A stretch of DNA of 63,127 nt, counting the filler, from Octopus bimaculoides (Eukaryota), in assembly GCF_001194135.2 (NCBI RefSeq). It is 4 parts of 4 records of this genome, joined end to end, with 100 filler letters (N's around TTAATTAATTAA, not from the genome) between each part and the next. Parts side by side here need not be neighbours in the genome. Positions count along the whole stretch, not along the records: positions 23,411 to 36,818 come from NC_068992.1; positions 36,919 to 60,805 come from NC_068988.1; 2 more parts are not named here. The stretch is one strand, 5' to 3'. Positions 24,837 to 38,110 of the stretch are shown here, in pieces. The notes under the pieces were generated by a model. It was not told the DNA's origin and ran no database searches. It saw nothing but the letters and a program-made list of their open reading frames with translations. Position 1 is the first letter of the stretch. Each line of letters opens with the position of its first letter. A program made the translations under genes and the position numbers.

Positions 24837-24905
24837 AGATTGCCTGGAGACCATAAATTTCTCTCGAAATAAATTAACAGCAATTAAAACGCTTGCAATG
24901 GCTTG
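24837..24905 (+). CDS. Candidate internal exon encoding one leucine-rich repeat
   Basis: ttttccactAG acceptor and TTG|GTAAGT donor; 69 nt, phase 2-2; reads DCLETINFSRNKLTAIKTLAMA, fitting LxxLxLxxNxLxxI. Confidence 0.45.
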
Positions 24906-25573
24906 GTAAGTTATCTCAATGACAAAACAACTTCATGATGTAAACTGTAGATGGCTCTCTTCTCCTCTTCTCCGATTACATAGTCTAGATATCACAGGAG
25001 ATATCATAGTAATGGAAAGGTGTCCAATATGTTGCTTGACAGATTTAGTGATAATAGCTTTCTGAAACGAAAATAAAATGGCCTTAATTAACAATGAATA
25101 AATGTAGAACAAATTAAAACTAATGCAGGGCACTGTTATAAAATTAATGTTGCATTAAAAGTTGTTTTGGGTTCTTTTTCAAGCAAATATACAAGGCATC
25201 GAATTTAAAACAGGGTGAATTAGTTGTTAACATTTAAACAAGTACATTGCTAGAAATAAGAGTCGACACAACTTTTAGACAAGCGGAAACGCTAGTCAAA
25301 TGACTGACAGGGGAGACAACCTCTCTACAGCAAGAGAAACGGAGCCAAATCATCGATGATTTCGGTGTTTGATTAATCCTCACCCGATTGCCGAGGGTTA
25401 AAAACTAACTCGCCTTGTCAGTCTATGGAAATTACCGAAGGAATGAGAGGCTGATTTCGTAAATGGTAAAATTGAAAATAATTAGACAAGTGCTTCCCAG
25501 TGACTAAGAGTTGTTCTGACTCTTATTTCTAGCAATACGGGTACTGACTAGCACCCTTAGTCACCCTAGTGAC

Positions 25574-25624
<51 letters not shown>

Positions 25625-25644
25625 TACATACACACACATACATA

Positions 25645-26337
25645 CGATATGGTAAAAAAAATTTCCGGACTTACTCTGTAGCGCGCCAAGAGATGGCAGC
25701 ACACGGTTGCGTGCTCAGTGAGAGCTAGCAGTGACCTTCATGCGGCAGTGTGTCGAGTGACATTGCTGTGTTTATTTCGCAAGTTGTGACACTTTTGTTT
25801 TTGCGATCACGTGTATGCTGTAGTCTGGAAGACTATGAACGATCTGGAAGACCTGGCATGAGAGTCATCACCAAGGAATGTGGTATTGCGCATCGAGAAT
25901 TCATCTCCCAGGGCCAGACCGTCAAGGGAGAGATCTACTACGTTGTTTTGAAGCGTTTAAGGGAGGATATTCGGGGAAAGCGACCAGATCTGTGAGGAGC
26001 GCAAAGAAGTGGATTATTCCCCGAGGTCTCGTCACTCGTGAGCTTCTCACCAAAAACATGGTACCACTTCTGCACCCACCCTTTTCGCCAGATTTAGTAC
26101 TTGCCGACTTCCATCTATTTTCCAAGATAAAAATGCAGCTCAAAGGTCAGTGATTTAACACAGTTCTCGAGATCCAGAGCGAATCGCAGATCCTCGACTC
26201 GCTTACGAAAAAATAACTTCCAGACCGGATTCAAAAAGTGGTAACAACGCTAGAACCGGTGTATTAAAACTTAGCTAAATAAGTCGTTTTTTTTATTAAA
26301 CATAACAAATCCTGGAACCTTTTGATAACACCACGTG
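25645..26337 (+). mobile_element. Internally deleted mariner element
   Basis: LEDYERSGRP; GIAHREFISQGQTVKGEIY..VLKRLRE; HPPFSPDLVLADFHLFSKIKMQLKG (YSPDL motif); degenerate TIR-like ends. Confidence 0.9.
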
Positions 26338-26494
26338 TGGGGTGGGTAGGGGTATCCCCTCCATATTTTTATGAGGTCATAGACCAACAGGATTCTGGGA
26401 CCTTGTGATACGCCATAACGCTAAACATTTTATGGACGAGAAACCTAAGGTAATCCCATACACCGGCCTTCCCCATTCATTTTTTATTTTTATA

Positions 26495-26900
26495 GGCGCA
26501 GGAGTGGCTGTGTGGTAAGTAGGCTGCTTACCAACTACATGGTCCCGGGTTCAGTCTCACTGTGTGGCACCTTGGGCAAGTGTCTTCTACTATAGCATCG
26601 GGCCGACCAAAGCCTTGTGAGTGGATTTGGTAGACGGAAACTGAAAGAAGCCCGTCGTATATATGTATATATATGTATATATGTGTGTGTGTGTGTGGGA
26701 GTTTGTGTGTCTGTGTTTGTCCCCCTAGCATTGCTTGACAATGTTTATGTCCCCGTCAATTAGCGGTTCGGCAAAAGACACCGATAGAATAAGTACTAGG
26801 CTTATAAAGAATAATTCCCGGGGTCGATTTGCTCGACTAAAGGCGGTGCTCCAGCATGGCCACAGTCAAATGACTGAAACAAGTAAAAGAGTAAAAGAGT
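26495..26900 (+). mobile_element. SINE family A, full length, close to consensus
   Basis: GGCGCAGGAGTGGCTGTGTGGTAAG head (A box), GGTTCAGTCTC B box, core, internal (TA/TG)n, tail (GTAAAAGA)n. Confidence 0.95.
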
Positions 26901-27589
26901 ATACTGCTTTACATCTTAGAGTGTGCTTCTTTCGGATTTATGTTTTTACAAACGATCCTACGTATACATATATATGTAAATATACATATCCACACACATA
27001 CAAGCTACATTTTAATACTACATATACATAGGCGTGGGCTTGGCTGTGTGCTTCCCAACCACATGGTTCCGGGTTCGTATCCAATTTTTGCCGAAGCGCT
27101 ACGTTACGTGAACGTGCAGGGCCCTAACCAAGATCAGTAGATTAACTGTAGGCAGGAACTTCACTGCGGACTAACTAGTGAGCTGGTCGACAGAAAAAGG
27201 GTCTTCCAATAAGGCGGGAAAGGAGACTGAGACGTTGATTAGTCGGTCGTATTCGCCCTCACAGTGTGTAGCTGAATGCAGCTTAACAAGGCTACAGACG
27301 TAAACAAATCAAATTCGACGCTAATACTTGAACAGAATTAATTTCATCAACTCTAATGGGATTTGAACACGGAGTATATATATATATATAACAATAAAGC
27401 GTCAGGGGTGGTTTCCCTACTGATTCCACGATGAACTGACAAAATAATTGCTTCATTTATATACGGATAACTTTGGAATTAAATTTTTCAAGGGGAATAA
27501 CTCTATAAACTAATTTTGTAAGGGAGATAACTCTCAATTGATTTTTATTGATATTTCATTTGCCAGGTTATTTGTTTTTATCATTTATC

Positions 27590-27965
27590 GCACGCGTGTT
27601 TCAGTCCTTGGACGACGGCCATGCTGTGTCGCAGACGTGAAAGGTTTAGTCAAGCAAATCGACACAAGTGCTTATTTGTTAAAGCTGGTACTAATTCTAT
27701 CATTCAATATTTTGCCGACCCGCTAGGTTACGCGGACATAAACGAATAAATACTGAATGTCAAACTGACTTGGGGGACAAGCACACGTATAAAGACACAC
27801 ACACACACACACGCATGTATGTTTTTATATATTTATAGCGTGGCTGTGTGGTAAGGGGCTCGCTTTCTAACAACATGGTTCCGGGTTCAGTCCCTCTGCA
27901 TGGCACCTTGGGCTAATGTCTTCTGCTATAGCCTCGGGCCGATCAAAGCCTTGCGAGTGGATTTG
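27590..27965. mobile_element. Two SINE family A fragments (minus-strand 3' part, plus-strand 5' part)
   Basis: Family motifs on opposite strands around a (CA)n tract. Confidence 0.7.
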
Positions 27966-28284
27966 GTATAGACGCGCAGACACCAACAGAAAGAAAGAAA
28001 GAAAGAAAGAAAGAACGAAAGAAAGAGAATTCTACAGTTAAAACGTAAAGTAAATTCAGGTAAAACGAGGTAACTTTTGAACAGTATTAAAGAGTTATCT
28101 CCCATAAATTTTACGCTATTAATAAGGAATATGGATGCGAAAGTCTATTCGCAACGCACATATACACTCATAAATGCATACATAGATACATGTAAATATG
28201 CACACACACACACACATACATACACAAGGTGACACAAAAGTAGGTCAATTATCTCTTTCGCATTCATATATAAAGAAAACAATT

Positions 28285-28690
28285 AGGCGCAGGAGTGGCT
28301 GTGTGGTAAGTAGTTTGCTTACCAACCACATGGTTCCGGGTTCAATCCCACTTGGGCAAGTGTCTTCTACTATAGCCTCGGGCCGACCAAAGTCTTGTGA
28401 CTGGATTTGGTAGACGAAAACTGAAAGAAGTCCGTCGTATATATGTATATGTATGTATATGTATGTGTGAGTGTTTGTGTGTCTGTGTTTGTCCCCACAC
28501 CATCGCTTGACAACCGATGCTGGTGTATTTAGGTCCCCGTAACTTAGCGGTTCGGCAAAAAAAAAGACCGATAAAATAAGTACTAGGCTTACAAAGAATA
28601 ATTCCTGGGGTCGATTTTCTCGACTAAAGGTGGTGCTCCAGCATGGCCGCAGTCAAACGACTGAAACAAGTAAAAGAGTAAAAGAAATAC
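28285..28690 (+). mobile_element. SINE family A, full length
   Basis: Head, core and tail present. Confidence 0.92.
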
Positions 28691-29372
28691 AAACTGAAAA
28701 GGGAGCTTGACGAAATTAGTTAAATTATCATAGAATAATGGGTTCATATTGTTTTTTTTTATAATGAAGATCCAAATTTGTTCTTTTTCTTTTTGTTTTG
28801 TTTTGTTTGTTTGTTGTTTTACAAGTATTGTAAAATGCGAGGCATGGCAAACAATTTCAATCAAGTGCAACGAAAACAAATATATAAGCACATGTATTTG
28901 CAGGTAAGCATGTTTAATAAGACGTTTGCATTCCAGTCTCATGGTTTCAGGTTCAGTCCCACTGCATAGCACACGGGACAGGTGTCTGCTACCATAGCTC
29001 CAGACTGAGGATAGTTACGTCCTCAAAATGAAACTATCGCTCCTTGTCGAGTACGTAACTCTCTTCGGTCCCTGCTCTGGGACNNNNNNNNNNNNNNNNN
29101 NNNNNNNNNNNNNNNNNNNNNNNNNNNNNNNNNNNNNNNNNNNNNNNNNNNNNNNNNNNNNNNNNNNNNNNNNNNNNNNNNNNTTTTCTCACTTTCACCC
29201 TCTGCAAGACTTTAAGTCTGTCTGTTTCTCTCTTTAAGTCTGTCTCTCTCTCTCTCTCTGTCTCTGTCTCTCTCTCTCTCTGTTTATTTATCTCTTCTCT
29301 TTCCTTTTCTCACTTTCACCCTCTGCAAGACTTTCTCTCTTTAAGTCTGTCTGTTTCTCTCTCTCTTTCTCT

Positions 29373-29416
<44 letters not shown>

Positions 29417-30551
29417 AGCTCTATCTCTGTCTCTCTCATTCTCTCTCTCTCTCTTTCGTATAAATATGTTAAATATGTATGTGTGTATATGTACGAAAAT
29501 AATGGTATAGATTGATGAAATTACTATTCTATATAAACATTTTGTGCGAGAAATGGTGTACGTGAGAGTGCGTGTATATGACGCCATGTGTATGAATGTG
29601 CCTGAAAATAAGCAGACGATGTGTATGTGAGCGTATGCTGGTGTCGTTATCAATTGTCTTGGAGTGTCATTTCTGTCCTTCTCAATCAGCGATGTGTGAA
29701 ATTCCAAAAGTTTAAGCTGCTTTGCTGTGCACCTAAATACCTCTACTAAAACAAACACATTGTCTTTGACAAACCTGTCCTCCTATCACGAAATTTAAAC
29801 CGCTACTTGTTTTCTTTCATTTTCTCCATACTTTTCATTCCCTTATTTTTATTTATTTATCTTATTCTCTATTTTTCATCATCTGGGTTGTTTTTTTGGT
29901 TTTTTTACGTATAAATACTACGGGATGGTCAGCCAAATCTTTAGAAGTAAATCTTTATGATAAACTTAATCTTTCTTATTTTATCTTTTAGTTTTTCGAT
30001 TTTATTGTATTCACTTTATTTTGTTCAATTCTTTTTCTGAATTCGTATTTATCTATTGTTATCGCTTCATTAATGCACTTCATAAATGGTAATGCTAGTA
30101 TTTGTAAAGAGTGAACTCTGTAGAATATATTTATTGTCTGTAACTATATGATGAAATTATTTGCTATTTATAGCAGTGTCTGGTGTTTTAACCTGCCATG
30201 AAATATTCTAAAGTGTAGTTTGTTCGTTATGTTACAGCACAATTATATTTGTGGGTGTATTAAAAATACATACATAGGTATAATCATTTATATATGTGTG
30301 GCGGACGGTGTAGCGTCAGTTACATAACTAACACAAATTACGAAACAATTGCGAATTAATGGCATAAACATCAATTCTCTCGTTTCGCTTCTCTTATCTA
30401 TCAATGTTTGTACATACTCTCCCTCATTGCGATTCTTGGATTTTCTGAGCATCATCCCAGCCTTAACCACAAGCTTTCTCGATAATTACACACTAACCAG
30501 GTGGAGAAGTATATTCCGAGCACTGCTTGATTCTTTGAATCCCTATTCTTA

Positions 30552-30590
<39 letters not shown>

Positions 30591-30737
30591 AAGGTTTGGA
30601 GGTGATGTACAGAAATTATATAGAAAAAAATTAATTAAGGTACTCAGAAACCTGGATGTTTGTACATTTACAGATTTTTATTAACGTCACATATTAAATG
30701 AAGCGCTTTTCACCTAGTCGTGTAGGTTTTTCAGATT

Positions 30738-30781
<44 letters not shown>

Positions 30782-31904
30782 TAAGAATTTCCTATCAATG
30801 AAGTAAAGGATTTTACATGGTCCAGTTCAATAAGTAATTTCTAGCTCGATATAAAGGACAAAAAAGAAATGTTATAAGTTGAGAAAGGGAGAGAAACCTG
30901 ACAGTGGAGAAGCTAGTTGAACGTTATGGATGAATATGGGCGTTTCAAATATGTTCAAAAGAGACTCAGCAACAGGCAAGTTTTTAGTGCAACTGTAGCT
31001 CAACTAAGTACTATTTCTATTAAAGACCTTGTAACATTTATGACGCACAGAGAAATGCTAATATAGAGAGTCTTGTAAAATCCTAGCAACATATGAGCAA
31101 GCTTTCAGTCTTTTGTGAGATTTATCTCAACGTTTGTTTTGCGAGGTTTTTGCATTGTTCTTTGATATTCCTGCGTTTATGAATATTAGCGTTGTTCTGT
31201 ATGTAACGCAGTCTATTTTTGATGCCATTATCATTTAATGCGCCATTATAACGATGAGCCGCACGGCTAAAGGATTTCTCGTCAGAGGATAAGCTGGTTA
31301 TATGCTTACTAATGTTATTAACTAAGATTTTCAGGATTATTTGTTCATCGAAACTAAAACTCCATTAACAATAGCTGCCTTCTTTGCTGAGTCGGGTTTT
31401 ATACATATGACAATGGAAACATGTAAACACCACATATTTTCGCATGCAGATAAATGTATGTCACATGCTCTGCACATGTCGTTTGAACAGATATTTGTAT
31501 GTGCGCATATGCACAAACATACGCAAACGTACGTGCGTGCACACACGCACACACACACACACACACACATTCAAACATACACATATGTGATATACCTATA
31601 GGACTTCTTTCTCCGTTTATTAGGTGTGGACTTAAGAATTTTCCATGATCTTAAGTATTAATAATTAAAACTTAAGCTTGTTCTTATATATTGACTAAAG
31701 ATTATTTTCGAGATTATTTTTCGTCATTCATTATGTACCTTATAATTGATAAAAAGGTTTTCATCATTCTTCTTTGATTCATTAGAACTATATTTACAGA
31801 ACTTACACCATTATTCTTCGTGAACCTAAGAATTGTTCTTGATTTAATCCTTTAATAGTTATTAATTTAAGAATGTTCTTACGTATTGCTTTCAAAATTT
31901 GGTA

Positions 31905-31990
31905 CAAGGACAGTAATTTTGGAGTAAGTACTTATTTTATCGACTCTGCAAAGATGAAAGGCTAAGTCGACCCCGGCGGGATTTGAAAGA
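31905..31990 (-). mobile_element. SINE family B fragment
   Basis: Reverse complement of the GTCGAC...TTTCATC..TCGATAAAATAAGTAC core. Confidence 0.7.
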
Positions 31991-32146
31991 ACGAATGTTC
32001 TTATATATCAACAATTATTTCCTGTTGTTCTTATTTATTCATTAACTTTAAAATATAATCGTCTACTCAACCTAAATATCAGAATACAGTTCCCTAGACA
32101 ATCAACTCAAACCATTATTTAAACTTTTTATAATTATTATTTTCAG

Positions 32147-32189
32147 GATGCAATAGGATCGATGTATTTTAATAACAAAGACAGCAAAG
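32147..32189 (+). CDS. Candidate internal exon, product unknown
   Basis: Strong ttattattttcAG acceptor and AAG|GTGAGT donor; 43 nt; only frame 0 is open: DAIGSMYFNNKDSK. Confidence 0.45.
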
Positions 32190-33044
32190 GTGAGTTGAGG
32201 GACAGCATACCCGTATTTCAGCAGTGTATACAGACACTCATGTACTTACTAAAGTAAATACAGAATTGTCCTTCAAGTTACGATAACCTGCACAAGTATA
32301 GACCAAATACACCCAACGTATACGTAAAATCACAGAAGAGTATACTCCGGCAGGCAGATGAGAGATACCAGGAGTGATGGATACCAACATTTCGCCATTT
32401 TTGTAGCTTATCTACATCACCTGAATGGATCCAGGGACGAATCGAATTGCTAGTCTATGATTATACATAAACTGTGTAAAAACTATTTTCTGGCATGCCA
32501 CGGTGAAGCATACATAAGATTAAATTCAATAACGAATTCAAAGCATTTATTTGTGTCTTTGGCGTAAATAGACATGACGTTTCCGTTATTTTCTAGCCAA
32601 TATGTATGTCTGGAAATGAAGTCGTTTTATTACTGGTGGAATTGTGTTGTTCCGAGAGTTGAAGTTTACTAAAGAGTTTTTTATAAGACCTACGTTAATT
32701 TCTCATAAATTTCTTATAAACATAGACAATAAACGTCACGACTTCCTCTAAGGTGGACATAATGTAAATAGATATCCACTCATCTCATAAACAAATATTC
32801 AACGTGCATGATTTAAAAACTAACAAAATCAATATTTGTAAGAGTGGCAAAAATAACATATTCGTATTCTTGGAGAAAGACGAATATATTACTAAAATTA
32901 ATGATAAATCTAATCAATGACAAACACATTTTTAGAAGGATTATATCATCCAATTAAAATGTGAAATTAAATAAACTAATTTCAGCGTTCAAGTCACTAA
33001 TGGTTTCTTTTTTTTTTCTTTTTTTTTTTTGTCTTGCATTCAAA

Positions 33045-33340
33045 GGGAATCCACCTTAGTACATATCTGCGGAAGAATTAAATACACAACCAAAACAATT
33101 CGTCCTCTATCCATAATATTGCAAATAAATATACAAAGACACAACATTTCAATTTACTGTCATCTGAGAAGTTCTTTAAAATCACCAAATATACCAACGA
33201 AGTTGACACTATGTATCTGTTTACCAATATTCCATCGGCAGAGATAACAGAAACCAAATTAAATAAAATATACATCTACGCAAGAATAAAACTATCCACG
33301 ATATCAGCTAGCATCCTAAAGAAATTATTTTTGCCCTGTA
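33045..33340 (+). pseudogene. Penelope-type reverse transcriptase remnant
   Basis: FNLLSSEKFFK...VDTMYLFTNIPSAEITETKLNKIY resembles 'DVESLFTNIP..ETI..IL..IY'; GNPP lies upstream. Confidence 0.6.
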
Positions 33341-33749
33341 CAAAAGAACTTTTCGTAGTTCACAACACAAATACATGCAATTTTTCGTGGCTTTGTATGT
33401 GTGTGTGTGTGAATTACAAGTTCAGTATGTAATAAGCTCTTAAGCACACGTTTTAACATGCAAATGTATGTGTGTGTGAGCATGCAAAAATATTACACAC
33501 AGATCCACACATGCGAGACAATCAATGTTTGAATACATGAATAGCAATGTAGTAACAAACATACATACAGAGAGACAGACAGACATAACTAATACTTGAT
33601 GTTTAACTTCTAGTGAGAGAGAGAGCCTTGTTATTAGGTTAGAAACCGACTCTTCTTCCATTACCTAGACATTTGAGAAATAAAACCTGAAATACAAACA
33701 CATCAAACTCTTCTCACTGTTTTCCTCGTGTATCTTTATCTGTCGTTTT

Positions 33750-33971
<222 letters not shown>

Positions 33972-34160
33972 TGAGCTGGTAGAATCGTTAGTACGTCAAC
34001 TGAAATGTCCAAAGGAATCTCGTCCATCTTCACGTTCTGAGTTCGAATTCCACCGGAGTCGACTTTGCCTTTCATCCTTTCGGAGTCGATAAAACGAGTG
34101 CCAGTTGAACACTGGGGTCGATGTACCAAATTGCTGGCCTTGTTCCAATTTTTGAAACTA
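33972..34160 (+). mobile_element. SINE family B
   Basis: Head GTGAGCTGGTAGAATCGTTAG and core. Confidence 0.85.
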
Positions 34161-34889
34161 TTATCATCATCATCTTCTTCGTCATTATTTATCTACTCAT
34201 AGCATTTTACGAACTCAAGTACAACTATCACTTTCTATCTAATCCGAGTTTCGCTCTTGTGTACTATCGTACCCTCACGAAACTTTATATCCGCCATTTA
34301 TATTCCATCACCGTTATTCAACAAGAATGCAACTAAAAAACTTGTTCTTGTGATTTTCTTCTTTCTTATTTATTATTTTTTCCCGTTTTATTAATTTAAG
34401 ATTTTACAAAACCTATTCACTTTTATTCATTTACGTTTCAAAGTTAACATCCAACACGTGTTCTTCACGCATGAATTTACGATTTCTTGCTGCTGCGTAT
34501 TCTGTCGTTTGCTTATTCATTTATTTACTTATTATAATATCCATGTTCCTGGCTATTTTCGTTCAAACCATAACGTTCTCTTAAGAAAACATATTTTCAT
34601 ATTTTCATATTTTCATACTTTCATCTACTTATTGCTTCAATCTTTTACACATTTGAATTAATTAATTAAGTAGTTTCAAAACTGAAATTAATTTAATTGT
34701 AGATATATTTATTTACTAGATGAAAAAATGCTCGATACTACCTAACAAGCTTGTGTTTAACTCCTACGTTAAATATATGCTTCAGTTTTATTCACTTCAT
34801 CAGACGAATCGAAGAGACAAAATTCCCAATGACCGGTGGATATTCAGCAGTCGGCAATGAGGAAATCGATACATAATTGACTGCGACAG

Positions 34890-35730
34890 TGAAATCAGTT
34901 AGTTCAGATAGTTTTATATCAATCGAACCATTTAGTTTTGTATTAATCGAATATTTCTTATCAATCGAATCAGTTAGTTTTGTATCAATCGAATCAGTTA
35001 GTTTTCTATCAATCGAATCAGTCAGTTTCGTGTCAATTGAGTCATTTAGTTTTGTATCAATTGAAATCAATTTTCTATATCAATCGATTCAATCAATTTT
35101 TTATCGGGTTATTCAGTCAATTTCGTGTCACTTGAATCATTTTTTTTGTTTCAATCTATTTAGTTCTCTATCAATCTAATGATTTAATCAATCGAATCAT
35201 TTAGCTTTGTGTAAAACGAATCAATTTGCTTTGTATTAATCAAATTATTCAGTTTCATATCAATCGAATCAGGTTTCTATCAATCGAATCATTCAGTTTT
35301 GTATCAGTTGAAGCATTTAGTTTTGTACCAATCAAATCATTCAGTTTTGTGTCAATCAAATCATTCAGTTTTGTATTAATCGAATCGATTAGTTTTGCAT
35401 CAATCAAGTCATTTAGTTTGGTTTCACTCGAATCATCCAGTTTCGTATCAATTGAAACATTTAGTTTTGTACCGAACGATTCAGTTAGTTTTATATCAAT
35501 CGAATCATAATTTTTGTATCATTCAAATCATTCAGTTTTGTGTCAATCAAATCATTCAGTTTTGTATCATTCAAATCATTCAGTTTTGAATCAATTGAGT
35601 CGTTTTGTTTCATTTCGTTCGAGTCATTTAGCTTTGTACTCATCTAATCTTTTAGTTTTGCATTAATCAAATCAGTTTTGTATTAGTCAAATCAATTACT
35701 TTTTTTTATCAATCGAATGATTTAGTTTTT
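34890..35730. repeat. Degenerate 24-bp minisatellite (CAATCGAATCA(T/G)TTAGTTTTGTAT)
   Basis: Dozens of imperfect units; these generate the SIESFSFV / IDTKLNDS ORF repeats. Confidence 0.9.
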
Positions 35731-35764
35731 GTTTGTTTATTTGGGTTTTTTTTTCGTTTTTTTC

Positions 35765-35870
35765 TTTTACTTGCTTCAGTCATTTGACTGCGGCCATGTT
35801 AGAACACCACCTTTAGTCGAACAAATCGACCCCAGGTCTTATTCTTTGTAAGCCTAATACTTATTCTATC
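35765..35870 (-). mobile_element. SINE family A, 3' fragment
   Basis: Tail motif on the minus strand. Confidence 0.8.
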
Positions 35871-36106
35871 AAACAAAACATAATGTGCCAGTCGAATACT
35901 GGGGTTGATTTCTGATATTCTCTCTTAGGACGAGGGGACGTGGGGTCCCACTTACAGTAAGAATTTCTCCCTACAGAACCACACCCATTTTATCGCAATA
36001 GAAAGAAATGGGCGGCGAGGACCCGACTGAGTATGACACGTGAGGACAACACATGTGTGTTGCAGCTTCACACACACACGCGCGCGCGCATATGTGCACA
36101 CACGTG

Positions 36107-36167
<61 letters not shown>

Positions 36168-36284
36168 ATATATGCAACTGTTTATATTTTATGCATGTAT
36201 GCGTGTGTGTATACATATATATGCTGTATGTGCATATATATTGCTCTCTCCCTCAGTGTCTGTTTGTCTTTCTCTCTCTCTCTT

Positions 36285-36324
<40 letters not shown>

Positions 36325-36335
36325 AATATATATAT

Positions 36336-36371
<36 letters not shown>

Positions 36372-36786
36372 TCATGTGCACACGTGTGTGCATTATAGTT
36401 GTATTGTGTTGTACAGTTCTATGCATTATCATTCATAGAACGCAAAAAAAATTTACATCTTTCATACGATGGAATAGTAAATATCAGTTTATAAAGCAAG
36501 ATAAAACAACATTATCTTCCTTTCTCAACTACAACATCTGCCATTATTCCTACAAAAGTGAAAATATACTTTAAACACTTTTAATGTCGCTTTTCTCAAA
36601 CAACAGAATTGTTTCCACTCAACCAAATATACATTTTTTCTTTTTCTTTCTCTAATTCTTTACGTATTCTTGCTTTTTTACTCTTCTGTTTAGAAATCTT
36701 TCTATTTATTTCCTTCACATTTCCTGTTTATACGTAACCAATCCTGCATGTGTATGCATGTATATACATACATATACGTATATGTT

Positions 36787-36818
<32 letters not shown>

Positions 36819-36918
36819 NNNNNNNNNNNNNNNNNNNNNNNNNNNNNNNNNNNNNNNNNNNNTTAATTAATTAANNNNNNNNNNNNNNNNNNNNNNNNNN
36901 NNNNNNNNNNNNNNNNNN

Positions 36919-37290
36919 GTGCATCTCTGATCATGAGCAGAAGTAGTCGGGGAGCATTATAGCCATGTGTTGAGAGGAATTCTTTGGTGTTTGAATAATT
37001 CACCTTTGGAAACATGGGTGTTTTGCTCAACATCCTTAAACAAACCTTATTCATGGACCTTTTGAGCGGGATGGGCTACTCGACCGGAAGAAAATTCTAA
37101 CTGGGCCCCACCTGCGAGGTCATGCGCTGTTTATTTTGATATGAGATCACCATGTCGTGCACATATGGTTGTGATGCATGTGCCTGGTGTACCCTTATCA
37201 GACGGGTAGTCATGATGGGTATATTGGGCTTCGTATATTTTACCCCAGTGTCACTTTGATGGCATGCACTGCTCTCTCACTCAATAACAT
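36919..37290 (+). mobile_element. Dispersed repeat family D (LINE 3'UTR-like)
   Basis: Homologous to 634-864; ends CTCTCTCACTCAATAA. Confidence 0.75.
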
Positions 37291-37605
37291 CGAAAAATAC
37301 CTTAGGAATGGGAATCTAGGTTCGGAATAATGTACATAATTCCTCATCTCTTAAATATAGAACCAACATATATTTTGTTATATTTTTATTGTAGCAGATT
37401 TATGTCATTACCCAAAGTTAATGACCTTAGGTGAGAAAAGGCACAAAAACTGAATTGCTATTTAAATATTTTATTTTATATCAAATAAATCGATAAACAA
37501 ATGGAAATTAATCTAAAAAATAACGAAACTTGATTATATTATTGTGCTTTTTCATCATAAAAGTGAGCAAGGAAAAATCTTTGCTGCCTAACACCGATAT
37601 ATCAA

Positions 37606-37920
37606 ACGAACCCCTAATACCATATTTGAACCCCCAACCATTCTATGAATCCCTCGTACCATAACATGAGCCCTTAACACCATACATTAATCCCTAGTAT
37701 CATATATCACAGTCCCTTATTACTATAATATGAGCTTGTGCAATATATCACATGAACTCCGAATATCATATCTGTAAACCCTAGCATCATATAAAAATCC
37801 CTAATACCATACCCTAATATCACATATATAACTTTTAATATGATATAAAAAACCCTAATACCATATATTATGTGGAGCCTTAATGGCCTCTATTATATTA
37901 ACCCCTAATACATATGGAAC
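37606..37920. repeat. Degenerate ~20-bp minisatellite (GAACCCTAATACCATATAT-like)
   Basis: Recurring (C/T)CCCTA(A/G)TA(C/T)CATA units. Confidence 0.75.
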
Positions 37921-37924
37921 CTTA

Positions 37925-38110
37925 TAAGGCGACGAGCATGCCGGACAAAATGCTTAGCGGTATTTCGTCCTTCTTTACGTTCTGAGTTCAAATTCTGCCG
38001 AGGTCGACTTTGTTTTTCATCCTTTCGGGGTCGATAAAATAAGTACCAGTTAAGCACTGGGGTCGATGTAATTGACTTTCCCCACCCCCGCAATTGTGCC
38101 AGAATTTGAA
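37925..38110 (+). mobile_element. SINE family B
   Basis: TAAGGCGACGAGC head and core. Confidence 0.85.

Noticed and set aside
26495-26570. tRNA-like heads of SINEs as tRNA genes
   Set aside because: They have A/B boxes but continue straight into SINE bodies, with no complete cloverleaf.
28990-29050. CTGAGGA...GAAA hammerhead-like core
   Set aside because: Stems I and II could not be paired convincingly.
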